Positions 46,147 to 54,229 of a stretch of DNA of 56,396 bases are shown here, in pieces (within the stretch, counting starts at the first letter, position 1; the number at the start of each line of letters is the position of its first letter). The position numbers were made by a program, and so were the translations under genes. Source of the DNA: Patescibacteria group bacterium (lineage in GTDB: Bacteria; Patescibacteriota; Patescibacteriia; Patescibacteriales; UBA12465); assembly GCA_028705215.1 (NCBI GenBank), contig JAQWDY010000004.1, positions 17,671 through 74,066 of the forward strand, given 5' to 3'. A model generated the notes under the pieces. That model did no database searches. It was not told the origin of the DNA and saw only the letters and a program-made list of their open reading frames with translations.

Positions 46147-46747
46147 TTGTTTCTAAATTAAGTTCCGGCTCACCTTCTTTTTCCACTCTTTCTCTTTCTT
46201 CCCTTATTTCATCAACAAGAAATATAGTTTTGCCGTTTAAAATATTATATAAAAAAATATCCATCACCGCCCGACGATAAGTGAATTCACTTTCATCTAT
46301 AATGGTATAATTAATTTCATGATTTAAATCCTTTTCCAAGGTATCTAATAATTTGGAAAAGGGGCGTCTTTTTATTTTACCAACTAATAAAATATCAGTC
46401 TTAACTGTCAGATCACCGGTAAAAAAACCAGTCAAAGCTAATAATTTAAGCTGCCCTTGCTCTTTAACGCCATCAATAAATTTTTGACTTGATAGCAGTT
46501 GCGCCTTAGCAAGTAGCGCTCTTAATTCCGGATAAATAATAAAGTTTTTATCAACCATATAATTATCCTTCCCTTCCAGCTTTAACAGGCCTAAATCTTT
46601 TAGACTAAGCAACTCCTTGCGCATAGCTGCTAACCCAACGCTTGAATCCTTCGCCAAACTTTTAGCAGTAAAAGTTTTTTCCGCTTGAGACAAGCAGGCG
46701 CTAAGCGCCTTTATTCTCGTCTCAGAGGCAAATAAAGCTTTAAGCAT
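46130..46747 (-). CDS. Winged-helix (ArsR/MarR-like) putative transcriptional regulator with an uncharacterised C-terminal domain
   Basis: N-terminus ETRIKALSACLSQAEKTFTAKSLAKDSSVGLAAMRKELLSLKDLGLLK. Overlaps the downstream DUF4012-like gene by 17 nt. Confidence 0.55.
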   Translation of the reverse strand: MLKALFASETRIKALSACLSQAEKTFTAKSLAKDSSVGLAAMRKELLSLKDLGLLKLEGKDNYMVDKNFIIYPELRALLAKAQLLSSQKFIDGVKEQGQLKLLALTGFFTGDLTVKTDILLVGKIKRRPFSKLLDTLEKDLNHEINYTIIDESEFTYRRAVMDIFLYNILNGKTIFLVDEIREERERVEKEGEPELNLETNESSS

Positions 46748-46834
46748 ATTTTATTTATTTATGATTTTATAGTATAATATCTAACATAAACAGTCAAACA
46801 AAAAAAGCCATCTCTAAGGCGGATAATTTTGCTT

Positions 46835-49063
46835 ATGTATAATAAAATTGCACCTATTATTTTAAACCTCAGTAAGGCCCAAGGCACGGGAGCAGTTTAT
46901 GTTTCTCAGCCCGACGCACAGAAGGAAAAGATTGCTGGCAAAATTTTTGTTTTAGCCGAAATTGGCAGCAAGAAAAATGAGGGTGAAAAACTACTCAATT
47001 TTTTAATCAATGAACTTGAAGAAAATTATTATCAAGATGATAAGATTCTTTTGATTGGAAAAATTGAGGGCCTAGAAGCAGAAAACATCTTTGAAGCTGC
47101 CTTAGCTAAAACTAATAAAAGTCTAAATGAGTTCAGTCGAGACTATCGTCTTAAATTAGATCCTGATACAACAAGCATCACGCTGGGCGTTATTTTGGGC
47201 ACTAAATTATATTTTTCAAACTATGGACACAATCGCTCCATCTTAATCTATCGCCGCCAAGAAGGATATGAAATTATCAACGTTGATAATGCTGCTAAAG
47301 ATTTAAAAGAAGATAGTGATCGTGAAAAAATTAAAAAGAATCCAAAGGAAATAAACTTATTCTCTTCTGTTTTAAGTGGCGACATTCCATTAAATTCCTA
47401 TTTTGTTTTTGCCAGTGAATCGCTATCAGAAGTTTTATCTGGCAAAGAATTGGTAAAGATTATTACTAAACTGCCCCCTATAGTTGCCGCTGAACAAATT
47501 AAAAATACTTTAGCACAAATTAATTATCATGTTCCTTTTTTGGGAATTATTATTAAAAATACAACTGATAAATCTGGTCAGGAATTAGGAGAAGCTAAAA
47601 CTCCACTAACCGCTCAAAATTCAATTTCATCACTCAATTACACTGAGGAAAAAACGGAAACCATGCTTGCTCCCGCCGGCTTAGTTAATTTAAAAAAAGC
47701 TGGTCGTAATTTAAAAAAATTTATTAGTTTAAAAAAAGAGACCAAGCCAAAAACAAATATTTCCGAGTCTCCCTTTAAACAAGAGAAAAAAGAGAAAGCA
47801 AAGGCGCTAAACCTGCCCAGTGCTAGTTCTTTTCTGCGCCCCCAAAAAGTATTATTAAAAAAAGGTTCACGACATTTTTGGGACGGACTTAAGGCCTTTG
47901 CTTCGTTTTTGCCCAAACTTATCTCCATTTCATTCTGGAAAAACTTTTTCACAAATTTCCAAAATTGGTTTAAAGGCATGAAAAAGAAAAACATGTATCT
48001 CTTCCTTGGTTTAACTGTGGTTGTAATCGCCCTTATCACTAGCGTTAGTATACTTTCTCAAAATCAAGCCAAAAGAGTAGAAAAAGAAAGTTTCAATTTA
48101 ACTTTAAGTCAAATTGAAGAAAAGGAGGCTTTGCTTGATTCCTATTTACTCTATGATAATAAAGACGGGGCGAGCAGGGTTTTAAATGATATCAAGGAAA
48201 TAGCTAGCGCCTTACCCGAAAAAGAAGAGTACCAAAAAAGTGCTAAAGAAATTCTAAGCTCACGACTTAGCCTTCTTGAAGATAAAGTCTTGGGCCTAAA
48301 TCATGTTAGCGCTGGTGATCCGTTAGCTGTTTACTCTGATCTTAATTTAAACAAAATCCAAGTAGCTTCTGATAAATTATACGGCTATAATAATGATGGC
48401 CTTTGGGAGCTAAATTTAAGCGACTCAAGCGCCACACAAATTGAATTAGAGGCAAATCAGTTAAGCTTCAGCACTTATCACCCTGATAGCAAAACTCTTT
48501 ATCTGCGCGCTGATGATAAAATTATTAGCCTAAATAGCGACACAAATAATCTAAAAAGCAACACCTTATCTAACTACAACAACACTTTAAACTATGGCAG
48601 TATTGGAGTTTGGAACAGTCGTGTCTATCTTCTCTCGCCAAGTGAAAATCAAATTCTTCGCTACGGCACTGATTTTGCTAGTTTCAATAAGTGGTTAAAC
48701 GATGACAGTGACTTAAGTGCTGCAAGTGACATCTATATTGATGGTGATATTTATCTATTATTTAAAAATGGCACCGTTTCTAAATTCCGCCTTGGAAAGA
48801 AGGAGTCTTTTTCAGGCAGAGAGCTAATACCAGAAACGGATAAGGCAAAAAGGTTAATTGGAAACGATGATTATCTTTTTGTTTTAGCAGATAGCAATCG
48901 CTTAATTACCATTAATAAAAAAGAGTTAGGCGATTATAAACCCGGAGAAGAAATTAAACAATATCTTTTTTCTGACATCACTCTTGATGATATTTCCTTA
49001 GCCAGTGACGGCAGCATTTATTTGCTTTCAGCTAACAGGATTTATTCATTTAAAGTAAATTAA
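46835..49063 (+). CDS. Transmembrane protein: degenerate PP2C-like N-terminal domain, one TM helix and a C-terminal beta-propeller-like ectodomain
   Basis: PP2C-like blocks with the metal ligands replaced (LAEIGSK; LYFSNYGHNRSILI in place of ANVGDSR; FVFASESLSE in place of SDGL). TM helix at nt 47993-48058. About 6 blade repeats (RVYLLSPSENQILRY, DIYLLFKNGTVSKF, SIYLLSANRIYSF). The start is moved to ATG 46835. Confidence 0.55.
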   Translation: MYNKIAPIILNLSKAQGTGAVYVSQPDAQKEKIAGKIFVLAEIGSKKNEGEKLLNFLINELEENYYQDDKILLIGKIEGLEAENIFEAALAKTNKSLNEFSRDYRLKLDPDTTSITLGVILGTKLYFSNYGHNRSILIYRRQEGYEIINVDNAAKDLKEDSDREKIKKNPKEINLFSSVLSGDIPLNSYFVFASESLSEVLSGKELVKIITKLPPIVAAEQIKNTLAQINYHVPFLGIIIKNTTDKSGQELGEAKTPLTAQNSISSLNYTEEKTETMLAPAGLVNLKKAGRNLKKFISLKKETKPKTNISESPFKQEKKEKAKALNLPSASSFLRPQKVLLKKGSRHFWDGLKAFASFLPKLISISFWKNFFTNFQNWFKGMKKKNMYLFLGLTVVVIALITSVSILSQNQAKRVEKESFNLTLSQIEEKEALLDSYLLYDNKDGASRVLNDIKEIASALPEKEEYQKSAKEILSSRLSLLEDKVLGLNHVSAGDPLAVYSDLNLNKIQVASDKLYGYNNDGLWELNLSDSSATQIELEANQLSFSTYHPDSKTLYLRADDKIISLNSDTNNLKSNTLSNYNNTLNYGSIGVWNSRVYLLSPSENQILRYGTDFASFNKWLNDDSDLSAASDIYIDGDIYLLFKNGTVSKFRLGKKESFSGRELIPETDKAKRLIGNDDYLFVLADSNRLITINKKELGDYKPGEEIKQYLFSDITLDDISLASDGSIYLLSANRIYSFKVN

Positions 49064-49082
49064 AATTGGCATTATTGGAGAT

Positions 49083-49117
49083 AAAAAAAATCACCTACAA
49101 ATGAGGTGATTTTTTTA
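49083..49117. terminator. Bidirectional terminator between ORF 46835-49063 (+) and rplL (-)
   Basis: ATCACCT-acaaatg-AGGTGAT flanked by A8 and T7. Confidence 0.75.
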
Positions 49118-49133
49118 TTTACTTTGCTTTCTA

Positions 49134-49532
49134 TTATTTTAGAACAACCTTACCACCCGCTTCCTCTAATTTCTTCTTCATGTTCTCTGCTTCTTCCTTC
49201 TTAACACCCTCTTTAATTACTTGAGGAGCGCCATCTACTAAATCTTTAGCTTCTTTTAAGCCCATCTCTGTAATTTCACGAACAGCCTTAATAACGGCAA
49301 TCTTATTAGCACCAGCGTCAGTTAATTCAACATCAAACTCACTCTTTTCTTCAACAGCTGCCGCGCCTGCCACTGGAGCTGCCATCATAGCAGGAGCAGC
49401 TGCGCTAACACCAAACTTTTCTTCTAAAATTTTAACAAGCTCTGCTAAATCTAACACGCTCATTTTTTCAATTTCTGCCACTAAGCTGGCAAATTTCTCT
49501 GGGACAACAATGTCCTTTTTTTCTTCACTCAT
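49134..49532 (-). CDS. rplL: 50S ribosomal protein L7/L12 (bL12)
   Basis: 132 aa. Ala-rich hinge [19 protein letters not shown] and the C-terminal domain [24 protein letters not shown]. Confidence 0.96.
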   Translation of the reverse strand: MSEEKKDIVVPEKFASLVAEIEKMSVLDLAELVKILEEKFGVSAAAPAMMAAPVAGAAAVEEKSEFDVELTDAGANKIAVIKAVREITEMGLKEAKDLVDGAPQVIKEGVKKEEAENMKKKLEEAGGKVVLK

Positions 49533-49571
49533 AGTTTTATTAATTAATATTTTTTAAATTTATTTAATTTA

Positions 49572-50102
49572 TTATTTTTTTTCTGATATCGCTTGCAAAA
49601 CGCTAACTAGACCACGTAAATTACCAGCTAAGACATTAACGAATCCAGATACTGGAGCATTTATCGAACCTACTAATTTCGCATATAATTCTTGCCTGCT
49701 AGGGACATTAGCTAAGGCCTCAACTTCAGATTGAGCCAACAATTTATTATCCAAAATACCTCCCAAGAAAACAATTTTATCTTTTTTTTCCTTATCTTTG
49801 CGAAAATCACCAATAATTTTAGCAGCCGCGACCTCATCCTCGTAGGAAAAAATTGCCGCTACCTTTCCGGAAAACTCGCGAGTTTTCAAATCACTAATCT
49901 TGTTATCAGTTAAGGCGCGATCAATTAAAGTCTTTTTAGCTACATAATATTCGCTATTTTCGGCCAATAAGCGCGATCTTAAATCTTCATTGTCTTTTAC
50001 TCCTAAAGTATTAAAGCCGGCAAAGACAATGGATTTAGCACGACTCATTTTATCATTAAGACTCTTTAGGATTTCTTGTTTTTGTTGTTTACTTTTTGGC
50101 AT
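49572..50102 (-). CDS. rplJ: 50S ribosomal protein L10 (uL10)
   Basis: MPKSKQQKQEIL... sequence and synteny with rplL. The start is moved to ATG 50102. Confidence 0.92.
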   Translation of the reverse strand: MPKSKQQKQEILKSLNDKMSRAKSIVFAGFNTLGVKDNEDLRSRLLAENSEYYVAKKTLIDRALTDNKISDLKTREFSGKVAAIFSYEDEVAAAKIIGDFRKDKEKKDKIVFLGGILDNKLLAQSEVEALANVPSRQELYAKLVGSINAPVSGFVNVLAGNLRGLVSVLQAISEKK

Positions 50103-50210
50103 ATAAAAAATCTGTGTTACCACAGATGAAGAAAAGCTTATAAATAAGCTTGTTACCTCGGCAAGATTTACGTATTGCTACACTTGCTGTCTGTGGCATA
50201 TATTTGTAAT
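50103..50210 (-). promoter_or_regulatory. rplJ 5' leader, a possible L10(L12)4 autoregulatory leader
   Basis: About 108 nt lie between the predicted TSS and the rplJ ATG. A long-range helix CCACAGA...TCTGTGG encloses a palindrome (AAGCTTATTTATAAGCTT). Position is analogous to known L10 leaders. Confidence 0.35.
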
Positions 50211-50216
50211 AGAGAT

Positions 50217-50244
50217 ATTCTAACACAATCGTTGAAATTGTCAA
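50217..50244 (-). promoter_or_regulatory. Promoter TTGACA-N16-(TGt)TAGAAT for rplJ-rplL
   Basis: -35 at 50239-50244 and an extended -10 at 50217-50225 (minus strand). Confidence 0.6.
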
Positions 50245-50260
50245 GGATTTTTATTTGCTT

Positions 50261-51439
50261 TTAAAATTTTAACTTACTCCCGCGACGTCGGCCATAATTA
50301 GCAAAACGATGAGCCTCTTCTCTTAATTGCAAAAGACTTGACTTTAAAGAATTGGCAATTTCCCTTTGTTGCTTTTTACTTGGCTGACTAAACACTAAAA
50401 CATCTCCACCGTATTTAGAGATCCCCACCAAGCTTGTTTCAATATTATGTTTTTTTAACTCTCTGGTTAAAAAACTTATCTGCGCCCTTCCCCCGTCTAT
50501 CATAATTAAATTAGGTAGCGGCCACTCACTGTGATTAAAGCGACGCAAAAGCACCTCAAGTAAGGCGCGCTCATCATCAGCTGCTGGCGCTTCCCTGATT
50601 TTAAAGAGACGATAAGCACTTTTATTTAGCCTTCCTTCTTCCATTACCACCATAGCACCGTAACTCTCTTTGCCTCCATGGTGCGAAATGTCATAACCCT
50701 CTAAACGATTAAGTCGAGTTTTTACTAAACTATCCTCTCTTTGCAAAAGCGATACTTCTTGTAAATGTTTTAATGCCTGTGCCTTTTCTGGGTTATCACG
50801 TAAAAGCTGAGTTAACAATCGTTTCTTCTCGCCTTTAAGAAGTAGCTTGATATTTTTTATATTTTTTTGATAATCTTCCACCGTCACCTTTCCCAGACAA
50901 ACACCTGGACAAAGTCCAATTTGATAATCAAAGCAAGCCTGGCCACTGTTGAAACGGCAAGTGCTATAGGGAAAAACTGATCTTATAAGACGTAGAAATT
51001 TCTTAACTAAAGCATAGGATTGATAGGGACCAAAGATATCCGCTTTCAAAGGAGAGAATTTTTTTAAGTCCTGTCCCCGGATAATAATTGGATGAGGATA
51101 ATCTTCTTGCAAAATAACAATATAGACAAAAGACCTATCATCTCTATCTTTAACATTATATTTTGGCCAGTATCGCTTTATCTCTTGAGCTTCTGTAATA
51201 ATTGCTTGTAAAAGTGAATCTGTTTCAATAAAACGAAGATCAAAGACCTGGCTCATCATTTCTGAGATTCTTCTTTCTAAATTCTTTTGTAGGTACTGAC
51301 TTAAACGTGAGCGCAAGCTAGTTGCTCGACCCACATACAAAACCTCTCCTTTTTTATCCAACCAAAAATATACCCCTGGCTTTAAGGGAGCTTTTTTAAC
51401 CTTTTCTTTAATTATTTTTCTATCTACTATTTCTTTCAT
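50261..51439 (-). CDS. uvrC: Excinuclease ABC subunit C, shortened (no (HhH)2 domain, degenerate UVR region)
   Basis: GIY-YIG (GVYFWLDKKGEVLYVGRATSLRSRLSQY), Endo-V-like domain (LEGYDISHHGGKESYGAMVV; IMIDGGRAQ; REEAHRFA). 392 aa from ATG 51439. The track's N-terminal extension is antisense to a + strand promoter and is probably spurious. Confidence 0.88.
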   Translation of the reverse strand: MKEIVDRKIIKEKVKKAPLKPGVYFWLDKKGEVLYVGRATSLRSRLSQYLQKNLERRISEMMSQVFDLRFIETDSLLQAIITEAQEIKRYWPKYNVKDRDDRSFVYIVILQEDYPHPIIIRGQDLKKFSPLKADIFGPYQSYALVKKFLRLIRSVFPYSTCRFNSGQACFDYQIGLCPGVCLGKVTVEDYQKNIKNIKLLLKGEKKRLLTQLLRDNPEKAQALKHLQEVSLLQREDSLVKTRLNRLEGYDISHHGGKESYGAMVVMEEGRLNKSAYRLFKIREAPAADDERALLEVLLRRFNHSEWPLPNLIMIDGGRAQISFLTRELKKHNIETSLVGISKYGGDVLVFSQPSKKQQREIANSLKSSLLQLREEAHRFANYGRRRGSKLKF

Positions 51440-51472
51440 AAATATTTTTTTAGAATCTGTGGATAACTTTTC

Positions 51473-51501
51473 TTGACAAGTAATAAATATAGAACTAAAA
51501 T
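51473..51501 (+). promoter_or_regulatory. Orphan + strand promoter TTGACA-N17-TAAAAT, with no + strand gene downstream
   Basis: -35 at 51473-51478 and -10 at 51496-51501. A perfect DnaA-box-like 9-mer (TTATCCACA, minus strand) sits at 51458-51466, just upstream. Confidence 0.5.
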
Positions 51502-51507
51502 AGAAGT

Positions 51508-51697
51508 GAACTTCAATGAGTAACCATTGGTTCACAAATCGGATTAAACCGACAAAAAGGCCACACCACCAAACCAGGAGATAAGATCTCGATTAAATCT
51601 AATCCAGACGACTCTCATCCAGTAATAACCGGTACCGTGGCCACCAATTAAAGACCCTGATAAAATGAAAAAACATTTATCAGGGTTTTTTCTTTTT
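51508..51697 (+). ncRNA. Candidate ~190-nt + strand transcript (sRNA or micro-ORF RNA) between uvrC and uvrA
   Basis: Bounded by an orphan TTGACA-N17-TAAAAT promoter (51473-51501) and a hairpin plus T-tract (51655-51697). The body is G+C-richer than other spacers and contains several hairpins (GTGAAC..CAATG/CATTG..GTTCAC; GGCCAC...GTGGCC). No + strand gene is nearby. Confidence 0.35.
51655..51697. terminator. Hairpin overlapping the uvrA stop codon; the strong T-tract is on the + strand only
   Basis: CCCTGATAAAATG (51655-51667) pairs with CATTTATCAGGG (51674-51685) and is followed on the + strand by TTTTTTCTTTTT. On the - strand it is followed only by TCTTTAATT. Confidence 0.6.
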
Positions 51698-54229
51698 CAC
51701 TGGTTTTTTTAAGTACTCCTTTAAATAATGCCCTGTTATACTTTCCTTTGTTTTTGCAACTTCCTCTGGTGTGCCGCCAGCCACTAACCGGCCCCCTTCT
51801 TCGCCACCACCAGGACCAAGGTCAATAATATAATCCATAGATTTTAACATGTGCATATTATGCTCTATCACAAATACCGAATTCCCTCTTTCTACTAATT
51901 TATTTAAAACAGACAGCAGTTGATTGATATCATAATAGTGTAAACCAGTTGTTGGCTCATCTAGCAAGTACAGGGTTCTTTTGCCTAAAGTATGTGTTAG
52001 CTCTTTAGCAATTTTTATCCTTTGCGCTTCCCCGCCTGAGAGTGTCGTTGCGCTTTGCCCCAGTTGCAAGTAACCCAAGCCAACTGCCTGCAACACCTGA
52101 AGTTTATCAGTAATATAATAGTTGCCAGCAAAAAAATCTACCGCCTCATCAATAGTTAAAGCAAGCACATCGGCGATATTTTTCCCCTTGTATTTAACCT
52201 GCAGGGTTTCACGGCTAAAACGCTTGCCCTGGCAAACCTCACATTCTACTAAAACAGCGGGCAAAAAATGCATCTCAATTAAATTGTAACCAGCTCCCTG
52301 ACAAGCCTCGCAGCGACCACCCGCTCGATTAAAGGAAAAGCGTCCCAGATTATAACCTCTTTCCCTAGACTCAGGCAAGGAAGCATAAAAATCTCTAATG
52401 GGGGTAAAAATGCCAGTATAGGTAGCGGGGTTGGAACGAGGTGTTCGCCCAATCGGTGATTGATCAATTACCACTACCTTATTTATATAATCAGTTCCTT
52501 TTATATCAGCTACCTTATCTAGTTTAGCGCGCCCTCCTGGACGTTGTTTTATACGTGAAATATTTTTATATAAAACATCATATAAAAATGATGACTTGCC
52601 AGAGCCAGAGACACCAGCGATACCTACCAGTTTTCCTAAAGGAATGGAAACGTTGATATTTTTTAAATTATTAGCGCTCGCTTTAATTACTTTTAAGGCG
52701 CCGTGATTTGCCTCTCGTCTTTTCTCTGGCAAACTAATTTCCGCTTCCCCACGAAGGTATTTTAAAGTAAGAGATGATAAAAGGGCCTTCTTATCTTTAC
52801 CTGCTAACAAGTCAGCCGTTTTGCCAATAGCTACTATCTCGCCGCCATGCACACCCGCCAGTGGTCCAATATCAACTAGATAATCTGAAGCTAAAATGGT
52901 TTTTTCATCGTGCTCAACGACAATAACAGTATTATTTTTCTCCTTTAGTTTTTGTAAGGTTTCAATCAGTTTTTCAGTATCACGCTCATGTAAGCCGATG
53001 GTAGGCTCATCTAACACATACATGGTGCGAGACAAATGTGAACCAATTTGCGAAGATAACCTAATACGCTGAGCTTCGCCCCCAGAAAGTGTGTGCGCTT
53101 CTCGATTAAGGGATAGGTAATCAAGCCCCACCTTCAATAGAAATTCAAGACGAGAAACAATCTGTACAATCACGTTTTCTGCTATCGCTCTTTCTTTAAC
53201 ACTTAAGTTTTCATAGAGCTTATCAAAAAAATGATAGGCGGCCTTGATAGTTAGCGAAGAAACAGCTGCAATGCTTTTTCCTGCAATTAAAATAGAAAGC
53301 GCTTCTTTGCGCAAACGATCGCCCTTACAATCAGGACACTTATCCGGTGAAAAGAAATTCTTCCTGCCCAGGCCTGAACAAGTCTCACAGGCACCATGTG
53401 GAGAGTTAAATGAAAAAAGACGCGGTTCAATTTCTGGAAAAGAAAAATTATCATTCGGACAAGTCCAATTAGCGGATAATAGAAATTCCTTTTTCTGATA
53501 TTTAGCAACCACAAGCCCCTTGCTATATTCAAGCGAATTTTCAACGGCTTCAGCTAAACGGCTTGTATCACTAATTAATACTTTATCAATCACAATCTCA
53601 ATATCATGAGTTTGTCGGGGAGAAAGATTAATCTTATCACGTAAAGAATGAATTTTTCCGTCTATTCTTGCTTCGCTATAACCTAATCCTAAATAATTAT
53701 AAAGCAGTTGATAATATTCACCCTTGCGCGCTTTTATAACCGGTGACAATACAGTCACATAGTCTTCCTTTTCTTCGCGCGCACGATTTACAATAATATC
53801 AACCATTTCATCAGCTGATAGCTTTTCAATTTTTGTACCACACTTGGGACAATATACTTCGCCAATACGAGCATAAAGCACGCGCAGATAATCATAAATT
53901 TCAGTTAAAGTGCCCACTGTTGATCGGGGGTTATGAGATAGCGCTTTTTGGTCAATTGATATCGCCGGAGCTAAGCCAATTATTTCTTCAACATCGGCCG
54001 GTTTTTTTTGATTTAAAAATTGGCGCATATAGGGCGATAGAGACTCCACATATTGTCTTTGCCCTTCAGCAAAAATAGTATCAAAGGCTAAAGATGATTT
54101 ACCAGAACCTGACACGCCCGTAATGACTGTTAGCGCATTGTGAGGAATTTCAAGACTGATATCTTTTAAATTATGCATCCTCGCTTTTTTGATAATTAAT
54201 TTATCTAACATATTTTTATTTTTTTTCAT
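51680..54229 (-). CDS. uvrA: Excinuclease ABC subunit A, lacking the insertion domain
   Basis: Two ABC modules (GVSGSGKSS twice; LSGGEAQRIRL and LSGGEAQRIKI) and Zn modules. 849 aa. Confidence 0.96.
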   Translation of the reverse strand: MKKNKNMLDKLIIKKARMHNLKDISLEIPHNALTVITGVSGSGKSSLAFDTIFAEGQRQYVESLSPYMRQFLNQKKPADVEEIIGLAPAISIDQKALSHNPRSTVGTLTEIYDYLRVLYARIGEVYCPKCGTKIEKLSADEMVDIIVNRAREEKEDYVTVLSPVIKARKGEYYQLLYNYLGLGYSEARIDGKIHSLRDKINLSPRQTHDIEIVIDKVLISDTSRLAEAVENSLEYSKGLVVAKYQKKEFLLSANWTCPNDNFSFPEIEPRLFSFNSPHGACETCSGLGRKNFFSPDKCPDCKGDRLRKEALSILIAGKSIAAVSSLTIKAAYHFFDKLYENLSVKERAIAENVIVQIVSRLEFLLKVGLDYLSLNREAHTLSGGEAQRIRLSSQIGSHLSRTMYVLDEPTIGLHERDTEKLIETLQKLKEKNNTVIVVEHDEKTILASDYLVDIGPLAGVHGGEIVAIGKTADLLAGKDKKALLSSLTLKYLRGEAEISLPEKRREANHGALKVIKASANNLKNINVSIPLGKLVGIAGVSGSGKSSFLYDVLYKNISRIKQRPGGRAKLDKVADIKGTDYINKVVVIDQSPIGRTPRSNPATYTGIFTPIRDFYASLPESRERGYNLGRFSFNRAGGRCEACQGAGYNLIEMHFLPAVLVECEVCQGKRFSRETLQVKYKGKNIADVLALTIDEAVDFFAGNYYITDKLQVLQAVGLGYLQLGQSATTLSGGEAQRIKIAKELTHTLGKRTLYLLDEPTTGLHYYDINQLLSVLNKLVERGNSVFVIEHNMHMLKSMDYIIDLGPGGGEEGGRLVAGGTPEEVAKTKESITGHYLKEYLKKPVKKKKP

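Noticed and set aside
51458-51466. A perfect DnaA-box 9-mer (TTATCCACA on the minus strand), considered as evidence for a replication origin.
   Set aside because: It is a single box with no cluster of boxes. The adjacent AT-rich DNA is not distinctive in this genome, and dnaA and dnaN are not nearby. One perfect 9-mer in 56 kb of two-stranded AT-rich sequence is near chance expectation. It is retained only as a note on the orphan promoter.
51440-51535. N-terminal extensions in the ORF track starting at TTG or other upstream codons: uvrC to 51535, 28952-29725, 31619-32728, 38690-39937, 42350-43609, 49572-50123, 6862-7623, 1599-1988 and 46829.
   Set aside because: In each case a downstream ATG gives the canonical family N-terminus. 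The extension either overlaps the neighbouring gene or runs through a predicted promoter.
51562-51650. A tRNA-like possibility for the G+C-rich patch, whose ends could form a 7-bp acceptor-like stem (GGCCACG...TGTGGCC, minus strand).
   Set aside because: There is no canonical D-arm (no GG in the loop) and no T-arm or GTTCRANYC-like sequence. No anticodon stem can be drawn.
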